Source of the DNA: a virus
Taxonomy: Duplodnaviria > Caudoviricetes
IMG/VR virus record: IMGVR_UViG_3300005254_000005
Span: 1 to 59,398 of that record
Length of the DNA: 59,398 nt
Direction: 5' to 3' (one strand)
Positions 49,242 through 59,279 of this stretch are shown here, one piece after another. Position numbers and translations under genes: made by a program. A model generated the notes under the pieces. It was not told where the DNA came from. It saw only the letters and a program-made list of their open reading frames with translations, and did no database searches. Each line of letters starts with the position of its first letter. The first letter of the stretch is position 1.

Positions 49242-49562
49242 ATGGATATGTCGCAAAAATTCGAAAAGACATTCGTCGATGTAATAGAGAAAATCCTTGA
49301 CGAGTCCGGCATCAAGGCCAATGTTTTTGCTCAGAGGGCGTTTCCGGATCAGGCTAAGCCGGACAACAAATGGCTGCGCATGCGCAAAGGGTTTAACGAC
49401 GGAAAGCCACAGCGGGTTACCCTGGCGGAGGCCTATCGCATTGCCAAGGCGCTGAACCACGATCTTGCTACGCTAATGTGGAGGGTGCAGAAGGAGTTGG
49501 AATTAAAAGAAAACTTTGAGCAGCCGAGTACGGTTGAGATCAAAAAAAAAGTTCGTGCCTGA
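49242..49562 (+). CDS. CI-like HTH repressor
   Basis: Xre-like helices, VTLAEAYRIAKAL; divergent switch arrangement. Confidence 0.6.
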   Translation: MDMSQKFEKTFVDVIEKILDESGIKANVFAQRAFPDQAKPDNKWLRMRKGFNDGKPQRVTLAEAYRIAKALNHDLATLMWRVQKELELKENFEQPSTVEIKKKVRA

Positions 49563-49828
49563 CGCGAAATAAGACGAACGATGTAATCCAATTTAAAAAA
49601 ACCAACGCTATTTCCCCGAAAATTCTATTCATGCGATCACTGCCTTTACCCAAAAAGCCTTTATAAAAACTTCAAATGTCTGGGGTTGTAAAAACATGAT
49701 AGAGCTTTGAAAAACAAATCTTCCATCCCTTTCCCTCCCACACACATCAAATTAATTAAAAATTCCAAACACAAAAATGACGAATGGAATCGCCGGTAAG
49801 TGTACTTTGTTCCTTTTTTTTTGAAAAA

Positions 49829-49882
49829 ATAATGAAATTCGTTATTTTTTTGCTTGACAACAATAACGAAATTCGTTATCCT
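49829..49882 (+). promoter_or_regulatory. Promoter TTGACA-N17-TATCCT with operators at 49829 and 49863
   Basis: -35 at 49854, -10 at 49877; ATAACGAAATTCGTTAT at 49863-49879. Confidence 0.75.
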
Positions 49883-49889
49883 TCCCACC

Positions 49890-51041
49890 ATGAAACGGAC
49901 CTTCACCCAATCCGAACTCTCCACATTCAAGCTCTGCCGGTTTAAGCATTACCTGAAATATGAGCAGGGATTGCGCAGGCCCGGCAGGTCCATATCAGCC
50001 CTCCTTGGCCGCGCGGGGCATGCAGGCCTTGAATCCCTTTACCTGGACAGGGACCGTGAAAAGGCCATTCGAACGGTTGAGCGATACTTTGACGATTTTT
50101 ATGCCGAACAACTGAGCGTTTCCCGCTGCAGCTCCCCTATTTACGAAAAGTGGAAGGATACCCGCGATCTCACGGTGTCAATCCTTTCCCATTACTGCGA
50201 CGCCTACGGATTCGGCCAAGGCAAGACGCCGGATCCGGATCCATCCTTTAAGGTGTTGCCGGGGATGGTGGAGGTCCCCTTTCGGGTTCCGATCGTCACC
50301 AATTCCGGGCGGGCCTCCCGGTGTTTTGATTTGGCGGGCAAAATCGACCTCGGAGTTGATTTCGATCATCGTTATTGGGTGGTCGATCACAAATTCAAGC
50401 TGGACGTCAACGATTCCCTGCACGATGCGCTTCGGATCAGCTTTCAGATGAAATGCTACGTGCTGGCTCTGCGCATGTATACCGGCCTCAAGGTTGCCGG
50501 CGGATGCTGGAACGTGTTGCGGCGAAAGGCGGTAGGAAAGCCTGCCATCAATAAGAACGGCACGGTCTCCATGGCCAAGGTGGACACCACTCCCGACATT
50601 TACAGGGAGACGCTTGCGAGGCAAGACCGATTTCTCAGGGAGAAGACCGGGAAAGGGCTTGATTTCCAGAAATATGGAAAGGAGATGGACCGCCTGAAGG
50701 CCATTAAATGGTTCGGCCGTTATTTCTGCGAATACTCCGAGGAGGACCTTAAAGAAATCCAGCGCGAGATCTACGCCACGGCCCATATGATTCAAGACTG
50801 TGCCCGGTCGGAAGGCATGTTTTCTTTCAAGAACGACCTCGCCTGCACCATATTCGGATCCTGTCAGTACCGGAAATTGTGCCAGGGGATTTCTTCCGGA
50901 AACGAGTTTGTTTACGACGCCAATCCGCACACGGAGCTTCCCGAGGAAATAGGGAGAAAAAGGGTGTGGAACGGCTTTGCACTGGATTCCAAGAGCTCCC
51001 GGCTGATGAGTTTCGAAGATGCCTTTCAAGACATCCAATAG
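49890..51041 (+). CDS. PD-(D/E)XK (RecB/Cas4-like) exonuclease
   Basis: TQSELSTFKLC, GRAGH, AGKIDL, VVDHK, QMKCY, terminal C...C.Y..LC. Confidence 0.85.
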   Translation: MKRTFTQSELSTFKLCRFKHYLKYEQGLRRPGRSISALLGRAGHAGLESLYLDRDREKAIRTVERYFDDFYAEQLSVSRCSSPIYEKWKDTRDLTVSILSHYCDAYGFGQGKTPDPDPSFKVLPGMVEVPFRVPIVTNSGRASRCFDLAGKIDLGVDFDHRYWVVDHKFKLDVNDSLHDALRISFQMKCYVLALRMYTGLKVAGGCWNVLRRKAVGKPAINKNGTVSMAKVDTTPDIYRETLARQDRFLREKTGKGLDFQKYGKEMDRLKAIKWFGRYFCEYSEEDLKEIQREIYATAHMIQDCARSEGMFSFKNDLACTIFGSCQYRKLCQGISSGNEFVYDANPHTELPEEIGRKRVWNGFALDSKSSRLMSFEDAFQDIQ

Positions 51042-51272
51042 TTTCTATGAGAACTACATGGATGAAGCGATCAAGGCTTTAAATGTGGCAGGCGTCTTGA
51101 TGTTGGACGTGCCCGAAGCGATTCGCCGGGAAACATTTAACCTTGAACCTTTAATGACGGCTGCGGAGGGAAAAAAAGACGTCATTAAATACATGGCGGT
51201 TGTAAATAAATGGAGGGACTTGTTTTTAACCTGTAAATCGACAAACCCAACGAAAGAAAAGGAGAGAAAACC

Positions 51273-52058
51273 ATGGCAAAAGCAGCAGCAGCAGCAGAAA
51301 AAAATGGAGCAGTTGAATCTTTTGATGTAGCCATCCCCGTAGAGGCCGGCCTGCCGGTCGAGCTGGAGGACTACAGTGGATATGAGGGCTTCGATTCAAG
51401 CGACCTCATCATCCCGCGCGTAAAAATCGTTCAACCTACGTCGCGGAAAGGGACGCCCGGCAAGTTCAGTATGAATCTGACCGAGGAGGAATTCGAGGAA
51501 ATGAGCGTCGTGGTGATCAAGGCGAGTCGCAGCCGGGTCCTCTGGCCGCCTGTTGATTCAGACATTGAAGAGCCCATCTGTAAGAGTTCGGATTTTCTGA
51601 ATCCGGATCCGTCAATCCAAGCGCCCTTGAGCACCGTGTGCGCGGAATACGTGCAGAAGGGAGACCTGAAGGTCCTCGAAACGGTATGCAGCAAGGCAAA
51701 ATGGATCAACAACGAACGGCCTGACTGCAACCAGGTCTACAACCTCCTCTGCCTGACCGGCGAGAATGTTCCCTTTTGGATTGCCCTCTCCGGGTCCAGC
51801 ATCGGCCCTGTGAAGCGGTTCATTTCTTCAGTCGCGCTGCAGAGAAAAAAGCTGTGGCAGTTTGAAACGCAGATCACGACTGAGGAAAGAAACAAGCCGA
51901 GCCGTCATTATACGATCCGATTCAGCGCCCCGAGGCGCCTTGACGATGACCGGCTGAGCGTGGTTGCGGAACTGGTCGTCGCGCTGAAGAATCAGTCCGC
52001 ACAGGTGGCACGAGACCTTGAAGCTGCGCCGCCTGACACGGATGGCGCTCCTTTTTAA
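51273..52058 (+). CDS. Putative phage ssDNA-binding/annealing protein
   Basis: DLIIPRVKIVQ motif, acidic APF tail; between nuclease and helicase. Confidence 0.6.
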   Translation: MAKAAAAAEKNGAVESFDVAIPVEAGLPVELEDYSGYEGFDSSDLIIPRVKIVQPTSRKGTPGKFSMNLTEEEFEEMSVVVIKASRSRVLWPPVDSDIEEPICKSSDFLNPDPSIQAPLSTVCAEYVQKGDLKVLETVCSKAKWINNERPDCNQVYNLLCLTGENVPFWIALSGSSIGPVKRFISSVALQRKKLWQFETQITTEERNKPSRHYTIRFSAPRRLDDDRLSVVAELVVALKNQSAQVARDLEAAPPDTDGAPF

Positions 52059-52091
52059 TCATCCTTAATCCGTAGAGAGGATACTCCTGTC

Positions 52092-54200
52092 ATGAAGGCA
52101 ATGGAAACCCTTGAAGGAACGATAGAGAACATGAGTAAGGCATTTAGGGACGGTTGGCGCATCCTGTCCGTTTCGCCGGGAGCAACGGTTACTGGATGCA
52201 TTCCCGGCGGCGTCAACCCCGGCGACTATTGTTCCTTCAAGGGACGATGGCAGGAGCATCCCCGCTTCGGCAAACAGTTCAAGGCCGAGCAGATAGAGGT
52301 CAAGACGCCGAAAGACCTCCAGGGCATCCAGGATTATTTGATGTCCCATTTTAAATGGATTGGCCCCCAGACGGCGAAGAAGATCGTGGCCCACTTCGGT
52401 GAGGATCTTTTTGAAATCATCAAGACAAGCCCTGCGCGACTGTCTCAGGTGCCTGGAATCACGCCTGCCCGGGCTGCTGAGATCTCGAGTAAATACCAGG
52501 AGATCGAGGATAGCCGGCAGGTGGACATCTTTTTCAGCACGCACGGCATTACCCTGAACATGCAGGCGCGGCTTACTGAGGCGTATGGGTCCAAGGATGA
52601 AGCATACAAAAAGGTGCGCTCCGATCCCTATGCGCTCTCTGATGAGATTTGGGGCGTAGGCTTCAAAAAAGCGGACGCCATTGCCCTTTCCATGGGCGTC
52701 GAGAAGACGTCCCCGCGGCGGATCGAAGCGGGGATCTTCTACCTGCTCAAATCCGCTGAAAATGACGGCCACTGCTATCTTCCGGAAAAACAGTTGATTC
52801 GCCTCGCTGTCGATCAGTTGGGCGTAAATGGAAACGACTTTTTCCCCTGCCTTGAAAGACTCTATGAAAGGAGGGAATTGATCAAGGCAGGGCCTTCCAT
52901 TTACAGTGACGAGATGCACGAAAAGGAAATCGCAGTTGCCAAAAAATTGTCCGCCCTGGCCGGATCCGGAAAACAGAGAATACTGAAGGACCTCACCGAA
53001 GCAGACATCGAGGCCCTGGACCCGGATCAGCAGCAGGCCGTGGAAAACGCTATCAATGCCAATATCCAGATCATTACAGGTGGCCCTGGCGTTGGGAAAA
53101 CTCATTCTATCAAACAGATTATCAGGGCTCTTGGCAGCGACTGTAAGATAGCTTTGGCAGCCCCTACCGGCAAGGCCGCCAAGCGGATGGAAGAGGCGAC
53201 CGGGAAGGAGGCCAAAACTATTCATCGCCTCCTTGAATACAACCCGCAATGGAATGACTTTGCCCGGAATGAAGGCTATCCTTTGGGCTGTGACACGCTG
53301 ATTCTTGACGAGGTAAGTATGGTGGATGTGCATCTAATGCATAGCCTTCTTAAGGCGGTCACGCCTGAGATGCAACTCGTCTTCGTTGGCGATAAGGATC
53401 AATTACCGAGCGTAGGTCCTGGGGCCCTCCTGAGAGACATGATCCAGTCTCAAGCCATCCCAACGGTATTCCTGAAAACCATCCATCGCCAGGCCAAGGA
53501 TTCGGGGATCATCCTGAATGCCCACCGGATCAATAAAGGAGAGCCCCTCCTTGAAAATGGGGTAACGGAAGACTTTTATTTCATCGAGGAGCCGGATGCC
53601 GACAAAATCCCTGGCATCATCCATGATCTTTGCATCGATCTTTTCAAGAAATGGTCCCCGGCTGATGTTCAGATCCTGTGCCCCATGAAGAAATCTTCAA
53701 TAGGGACAAAGAATTTAAACGACGCTATTCGACCCGTCTTCAATCTGCGTTTCAATCAAAAAGAGAAAATCAGGGGAACCATATTCCACGTAGACGACAA
53801 GGTTATCCAAATCAAGAATAACTACAAAATCGGCATCTTTAATGGCGATATCGGATTTGTGGCAAGACCCCTGACAGACGAAACCTTCCTGGTGGACTTC
53901 GGCGGGAACCAGGTTGAATATCCGGTATCCATGGCGGACGAGCTTCAGCTGGCCTACGCGCTTACAATCCATAAGGGACAGGGTTCAGACTTCCCGGTCG
54001 TCATCATCCCGGTCCACACGGCCAACTACATCATGCTCAAAAGGAACCTCCTCTATACGGCGGTCACGAGGGGCAAGAAGCTGGTTTTCCTGGTAGGGAC
54101 TCAAAAAGCGGCGAACATGGCCATTCGGACCCTGGACAGCCATAAGCGGTACACTTCGCTGTGCGAGCTGCTTGCGAAAAGTGGAGAAACACAAGGATGA
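52092..54200 (+). CDS. recD2: RecD2-like SF1 helicase
   Basis: HPRFGKQF, TGGPGVGKT, APTGKAA, LDEVSM, GDKDQLPSVGPG, TIHKGQGS, LYTAVTR. Confidence 0.93.
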   Translation: MKAMETLEGTIENMSKAFRDGWRILSVSPGATVTGCIPGGVNPGDYCSFKGRWQEHPRFGKQFKAEQIEVKTPKDLQGIQDYLMSHFKWIGPQTAKKIVAHFGEDLFEIIKTSPARLSQVPGITPARAAEISSKYQEIEDSRQVDIFFSTHGITLNMQARLTEAYGSKDEAYKKVRSDPYALSDEIWGVGFKKADAIALSMGVEKTSPRRIEAGIFYLLKSAENDGHCYLPEKQLIRLAVDQLGVNGNDFFPCLERLYERRELIKAGPSIYSDEMHEKEIAVAKKLSALAGSGKQRILKDLTEADIEALDPDQQQAVENAINANIQIITGGPGVGKTHSIKQIIRALGSDCKIALAAPTGKAAKRMEEATGKEAKTIHRLLEYNPQWNDFARNEGYPLGCDTLILDEVSMVDVHLMHSLLKAVTPEMQLVFVGDKDQLPSVGPGALLRDMIQSQAIPTVFLKTIHRQAKDSGIILNAHRINKGEPLLENGVTEDFYFIEEPDADKIPGIIHDLCIDLFKKWSPADVQILCPMKKSSIGTKNLNDAIRPVFNLRFNQKEKIRGTIFHVDDKVIQIKNNYKIGIFNGDIGFVARPLTDETFLVDFGGNQVEYPVSMADELQLAYALTIHKGQGSDFPVVIIPVHTANYIMLKRNLLYTAVTRGKKLVFLVGTQKAANMAIRTLDSHKRYTSLCELLAKSGETQG

Positions 54201-55594
54201 TGCAGCTTGGCCTCTTCGAAAATAAATCCTGCGCCTTCTTCCAGGTCTCGCAAAAAACCCGAGCCATGCGCTATTGGTCCCGAGAATACGATATCCCGAT
54301 CATCAAAGATCCGGAGCTGATCCAGGATTTCAAAACCATATTCTTCAGCCTGCTTACCTGGCGGGATTTCTACCGGATCCCTAAGATCTACAAATTCAAA
54401 GGGAATACTGAATGGATCGCGGGCGGCAATGCCGTCTACAATCCTACGGCCATCATGTGGGCCATGGACCACATCGTTATCGGGGACGCCTTTGAGTCCT
54501 TTCCGCGAATCCTCTCCGGCGCCCGCAACGTGCCTGGTATGCTGAATTGCAAGCGGCCGGAGAACGTGGCCCCTGCATCCGAGCCCGTGTTTCCCTGTCC
54601 TATATCTGAAAGGGAGATCATCATCAGCACCGGATGCAAGCGGAAATGCCTATTCTGCATCAACCCCTGGCGCCGGCCATACCGGGAGGGCCGGAAAGAA
54701 GACGTTCTGCATTTCATTGCCAATGCCAAACACACCGGCCTCGCCCTGACCAGCAACAGCTTTGACGACGTGTCCTTTTCCATGGAGGCCATGAGGGCTC
54801 TGGTTCGTTGCGAGAAACAAAACCTCGCGGTATCCAACAGCTTTGCCGGCCTGACGGACGAGTTCCTCGACATGCACAATCACCAGGGCGTGATCTTCGT
54901 CGGCGTGGAGGGCTTCAGCGAGAGGCTCAGGAAGCTGGTAGGCAAGCCGATTCGGCAGGATGAGTACCGGGAAAAGATCATCAAGATGCTGAGACTAAAG
55001 AGGAACACGAAGCTGGTTTATCAGTTCAACCTCCCGACCGAGACCCTGGACGATTACGAGGAGTTCCTGGAGGACATGGATTGCATCACCGCAGGCGTAG
55101 GCTTCAGCTCTTTGGCCGTCACCTTCATCCCGCACCAGACCAGCCCGTTCACTCCGCTTCAATGGTGCGCCCCGCATTACAGCCTGGAGATGCTCGTTAC
55201 CATTTTAAAATTCAGGCAGAAGTACGGCCTGAACGGATACATGAACGGCGTCAAGCTGTACGTGCCCCAGCCGCTCTCGTCCGGGAAGTGGTTTATGCAG
55301 ATCGTAGGGGAATGGCTGCCGATCGATAAGGCTGCAACGAAGGCCCTTAATCGGATTTCCGAGAAGAATCTTTCCGTGGAGGAGATGGTTGGCATCCTGA
55401 AGCGCCGAGGCATCGACACGACTCACGTCTTTACGGAAAAGCCCGAGGATTACGCGTTTCCGTGGGACCGATACGTTGAATACTATTTTCCGAAACGACG
55501 GCTCTATGCCGCTTATCAATCGTCAGGGATCATGGAGGGGAATGAGAAAGGAGAGGGAAATGGAAGAGCAGGCGAATTACGGCAAGGAAGATGA
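54197..55594 (+). CDS. Radical SAM protein
   Basis: GCKRKCLFC CxxxCxxC; GVEGFSERLRK.VGKP; ATGA-coupled to recD2. Confidence 0.85.
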   Translation: MMQLGLFENKSCAFFQVSQKTRAMRYWSREYDIPIIKDPELIQDFKTIFFSLLTWRDFYRIPKIYKFKGNTEWIAGGNAVYNPTAIMWAMDHIVIGDAFESFPRILSGARNVPGMLNCKRPENVAPASEPVFPCPISEREIIISTGCKRKCLFCINPWRRPYREGRKEDVLHFIANAKHTGLALTSNSFDDVSFSMEAMRALVRCEKQNLAVSNSFAGLTDEFLDMHNHQGVIFVGVEGFSERLRKLVGKPIRQDEYREKIIKMLRLKRNTKLVYQFNLPTETLDDYEEFLEDMDCITAGVGFSSLAVTFIPHQTSPFTPLQWCAPHYSLEMLVTILKFRQKYGLNGYMNGVKLYVPQPLSSGKWFMQIVGEWLPIDKAATKALNRISEKNLSVEEMVGILKRRGIDTTHVFTEKPEDYAFPWDRYVEYYFPKRRLYAAYQSSGIMEGNEKGEGNGRAGELRQGR

Positions 55595-56149
55595 TGAAGA
55601 CGAAGAAGAGCAGGGGGAAAGACAAGTCAAGAGCGTAATGACTGTCGTTCACTATGAAAATGGAGATTTCTTCGTTACCTTCCCAGGCGATGCGGAAGAG
55701 GCAACCGATTTAATCCTGCATGGCATTAAGGCGATCATCGATGCCGTGATTGAGGGGAGATGCCAAAAACAAGAAAGGAAATTAGCTGAGCTTAGGACTC
55801 TACTGAGCAGCATATCCAAACTGAATTGAGAAGGGTACGCTTTATGATGCCAAATTCAACATATACGGATCTCTCAGATTATGATGAATCCTGCGTGGCA
55901 ATATGGATAACTCCTACCGACCTAAAGGTCAGAGAAATTGAAGGCAAGGAAAAAGAAGAAGATTTTGAATATTACGCTTGGAAAGCTGAAGAGATTCGGG
56001 TCTTAGCGAGACTGTCGCGCGGTCCTATCTTGCCGGCCTTTTTCTTCCTGGTATTTTTAAAGCCGTATCTGATTCGGAGGAAGATTCTCAGGTGTAATCG
56101 CCATGGAATAGGGCTACATATGGGAAAGAAATGAAACTGATAAAAGATA

Positions 56150-56417
56150 TCTCACACAGAGACACAGAGACACAGAGAGGGGATAAGAAATGTCCTGGCA
56201 AGATTTTCCAATGATTACTTGTCCGTTGTGTGGCAAAGAATCACAGATAGATGATTATTGCGACTTTAAAGCTGGAGACTCATTTTATTGTCTCCGGTGT
56301 GGGAAACAACTTTATTTGTGGGCGATAGATGCAACATTAAGTGGCGATATTCAGACAGGGCCTCCGAGATAACTGATAACCATTATTTCCTCTGTGCCTC
56401 TGTGTCTCTGTGTGAGA
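56150..56417. repeat. 28-bp inverted repeats (TCTCACACAGAGACACAGAGRCACAGAG) flanking a small gene
   Basis: 56150-56177 vs 56390-56417, 27/28 complementary. Confidence 0.85.
56190..56372 (+). CDS. Small Zn-ribbon protein
   Basis: CPLC...CLRC; GAGGGG RBS. Confidence 0.6.
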   Translation: MSWQDFPMITCPLCGKESQIDDYCDFKAGDSFYCLRCGKQLYLWAIDATLSGDIQTGPPR

Positions 56418-56453
56418 CAAATGCCCTACTGAATTAAAGCGGGAGCAAATCCC

Positions 56454-56786
56454 ATGAAAAAGCGCTTTTGCCTTTATTGCAAACAGGACATATCCGATCT
56501 CCATTACAGCGTGGTTGCCTGCTATCGCCCTGAATGCCGGGAGAAATTCGAGGCCGACAGGAGGCTTCGCATGAGAGAATCCCAGCAAAGATATTATGAA
56601 AAGCACCTGCGCCATTTTTCCAAGAAGCCTGGAAGCGATAATTCAGTTCCGAGGAAAACGAAATATCGCATTTGCAAAAGGTGTCAAGGCGAAATTAAAA
56701 ACGGCAATTGGTGGTTCTGCGAGGCCTGCGAAGGTGAATTATCCAGAATCAATCAACGAATCGACGGCGAGTGGCTTTATGTGTGA
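56454..56786 (+). CDS. Cys-rich hypothetical protein
   Basis: Several CxxC pairs. Confidence 0.55.
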   Translation: MKKRFCLYCKQDISDLHYSVVACYRPECREKFEADRRLRMRESQQRYYEKHLRHFSKKPGSDNSVPRKTKYRICKRCQGEIKNGNWWFCEACEGELSRINQRIDGEWLYV

Positions 56787-56807
56787 TCAAATAAGGAAGG
56801 ATTTTCC

Positions 56808-57032
56808 ATGGAACCAGAAGTAACGATGCATAAAATTTTCGATTTACAGGTTTGCATACCTGAAGATTGGACAGATGACCAAGTAAAAAAGTTTGCCGAT
56901 GCCAACGCACCTGCTGGGACGTGCAACGGCTGGACCATCATGAAGAAGGGCCATAAATACCTTGGCGGCGATCCAGAGCGCGTCGTCTGCAAAGACCGAA
57001 ACGGTTTCGTTCATGTGCGCCTTGAATGCTGA
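56808..57032 (+). CDS. Small hypothetical protein
   Basis: QVCIPEDWTDDQV..FA..PAGT.NGW. Confidence 0.6.
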   Translation: MEPEVTMHKIFDLQVCIPEDWTDDQVKKFADANAPAGTCNGWTIMKKGHKYLGGDPERVVCKDRNGFVHVRLEC

Positions 57033-57090
57033 TAGTTTCTCATCGGTAACATCTTCTAAAACTGCCTTTTAAATTAATGGGAGGATAAAA

Positions 57091-57321
57091 ATGCCATTAC
57101 CGAAAAAATTCTACCTGGATGGTGAAGAAACATCGCTTGACATGTTGTGTATCAAAGAGCCGTCATGGGCGGCAAGTAGGATTCGCGCCTTGCATAAACA
57201 GATAGATGGAGCACGCGAATCTCATCAAGCCAAGGTTGATTTTATGCGAAACCAGATCGCCGACCTACTTGCCTACATCAAAAAACTAAAAGCTCAGAAT
57301 GGGAAAACCCCCGACATATGA
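57091..57321 (+). CDS. Small coiled-coil protein
   Basis: GGAGG RBS. Confidence 0.55.
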   Translation: MPLPKKFYLDGEETSLDMLCIKEPSWAASRIRALHKQIDGARESHQAKVDFMRNQIADLLAYIKKLKAQNGKTPDI

Positions 57322-57464
57322 TTTTTGATCGTTCACACCTCCTCAGAACGGCGCCTGCACGCGCAGCGCAGGCGCTTGCGCCGCGTGCCCGCTTTAGCAT
57401 AGCAGGCGGGGCCCGCCCCCTCCCCTTGAGTGGGGGCTTTTAAAAAGCATTTGTAAGGAGCCAT

Positions 57465-57929
57465 ATGTCACGATACGCAGAAAACACCTCCGTATCAGTC
57501 GAAAAATCCAAGGCTGAAATTGAGCGAATCCTTCAGCGCTACGGCGCGGATCAATTCATTTCCGGATGGGACCAGGAAACAGCATATATTGGCTTTCGTA
57601 TGGCCGCCCGGATGGTGAAATTTACCTTGCCTTTACCGCCGAAAGATTCAGATGAGTTTTCAAAGACCCCTGGCAGGCGGACAAAGCGATCCCCCGACAA
57701 GGCCCTCGCAGCATGGGAGCAGGCCTGCCGCCAAAAATGGAGGGCCCTGGCCCTGGTCATCAAGGCGAAACTCGAAGCGGTAGAGGCCGGAATCACTCAA
57801 TTTGAGGATGAGTTTTTGGCACACATTCTTTTGCCGAACGGGCAGACGGCTGGAGAATTCTTGAGGCCGCAGATTGACATTGCATATGAAACTAAAGCAA
57901 TGCCTAAATTGTTGCCGTGGATAGCTTAA
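57465..57929 (+). CDS. Hypothetical phage protein
   Basis: YAENTSVSVEKS..EIERIL.RYGA, WRALALVIKAKLEAVE.GI..FEDEFLA; AAGGAG RBS. Confidence 0.75.
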   Translation: MSRYAENTSVSVEKSKAEIERILQRYGADQFISGWDQETAYIGFRMAARMVKFTLPLPPKDSDEFSKTPGRRTKRSPDKALAAWEQACRQKWRALALVIKAKLEAVEAGITQFEDEFLAHILLPNGQTAGEFLRPQIDIAYETKAMPKLLPWIA

Positions 57930-58206
57930 TTACAAGACAAGCTCAACGGGGAAATGCCTTGACGCCACAAATCGAATACCACAACCCGACTGATAGTCTC
58001 GGCAGATGTCATTTCACATTGTTCTGGATAGCCGATTATCACCCCGGGCACCCGGAGGGTGAATACCGCAACGCCCAACGGGGTCAATGTTATTTCGCAG
58101 ATCCGAAATCTTACCGATTTCCAAGGCCGGAGGACTCCAGAGAAACCCCTTGACAATTTCCTCCCAACATAATTTCATGATCCCCCGGAGAGGGGGTGAA
58201 ATATGC

Positions 58207-59277
58207 ATGATTGGCGGGATTTATGAAAACAAATCCGGTAAGGGATCGCGGTATATCCTTAGATTCAAGGAAATTACCCGGAGAGGCAATGATTATGGCA
58301 CGTTAGAACGAATGCTCACGGGATTGCGGTATAAACTGGACGAAGGATCCTTTGACCCTCGGGATTACCAAAAAAGCCAACCGTTATCTTTCTTCAAAAA
58401 GTCTGAAGAATTTCTCAAACACAAACGAAAGCGCCGAAGCTACGGACATATCCGAAAACACATCGAGTATGCCCAGGGGTTTTTCAGCGATGTCAATGTT
58501 AAGTCGATAACCGTTGGAAATGTTGAGGATTTCGAATTGCATCTCCGAGAAACAACCAAATTGTCAGATAAGACCATTGCCAATATCATGGCGGATCTGA
58601 GGTCTTTCTGGAGATGGCTGGTTCGGAGGGAAAAAGAGGTTGAACCCGTCGAGTTTCCCAAAATTGATTTTGAACTTGGCTGGCGCAACACAATCCCGAA
58701 AGAAACTCAACAGGACATTGTCAAGGAAGTCCATCGGATCTGCAGGCCTGTGGACGTCAAAGTAGGCATCGCTATTGAATGGCTGGCACGCTATTACAGC
58801 ATCCGGCCTGTGGAGCTCTTGCACATTCAGGAAGGAGACTTTGACTTCGAACTTGGCGGGGTGCGGATTCGGTATAACAAAGAGAAGAAACCGAAGTGGG
58901 TTCCAATGCTTAAGGAAGATCTCGAGCTTGTGCAATCGTTCCCCGAGGCCCTGGATAAGACCTTGCCATTTTTCCGATATAAAGGGAAGCCCTATGGCAG
59001 GAAGCGCCTTTACAAGTGGTGGAAACGTGCCTGCGATAACCTGAAGATTGAGGGGGTGGACCTCTATGGCGGCACCCGGCATTCAACTGTCAAGGCACTC
59101 AGAGCGCTGAGAACCCCCGAAGAAATAAAGCGGGGGTCCATGCACTCCACCAACAAGGCTTTCGATCGATATTATAAGGTCGAAGATGACGAAGCCCGCC
59201 AGATTTATGGTGATACGAAGGTGATCATATCTTCGGATCACTCCAAAAAAGCTAACTCGTCAAAATCCCTAAGATAA
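58207..59277 (+). CDS. int: Tyrosine recombinase (integrase)
   Basis: SIRPVEL (R), LYGGTRHS, SMHST, FDRYY (Y); adjacent to tRNA 3' end. Confidence 0.88.
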   Translation: MIGGIYENKSGKGSRYILRFKEITRRGNDYGTLERMLTGLRYKLDEGSFDPRDYQKSQPLSFFKKSEEFLKHKRKRRSYGHIRKHIEYAQGFFSDVNVKSITVGNVEDFELHLRETTKLSDKTIANIMADLRSFWRWLVRREKEVEPVEFPKIDFELGWRNTIPKETQQDIVKEVHRICRPVDVKVGIAIEWLARYYSIRPVELLHIQEGDFDFELGGVRIRYNKEKKPKWVPMLKEDLELVQSFPEALDKTLPFFRYKGKPYGRKRLYKWWKRACDNLKIEGVDLYGGTRHSTVKALRALRTPEEIKRGSMHSTNKAFDRYYKVEDDEARQIYGDTKVIISSDHSKKANSSKSLR

Positions 59278-59279
59278 GC

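Larger units (their letters stand above)
1..59279. mobile_element. Temperate tailed prophage, left end outside window, right end at tRNA-Pro
   Basis: Head, tail, lysis, packaging, replication, repressor and integrase modules; integrase abuts the 3' end of a tRNA. Confidence 0.93.

Noticed and set aside
28103-51041. Cas4-like nucleases as CRISPR components
   Set aside because: Stand-alone phage PD-(D/E)XK nucleases; no cas1/cas2 or array
50178-53333. Long antisense ORFs (286 aa, 422 aa) over nuclease and recD2
   Set aside because: Shadow frames with no domain signal
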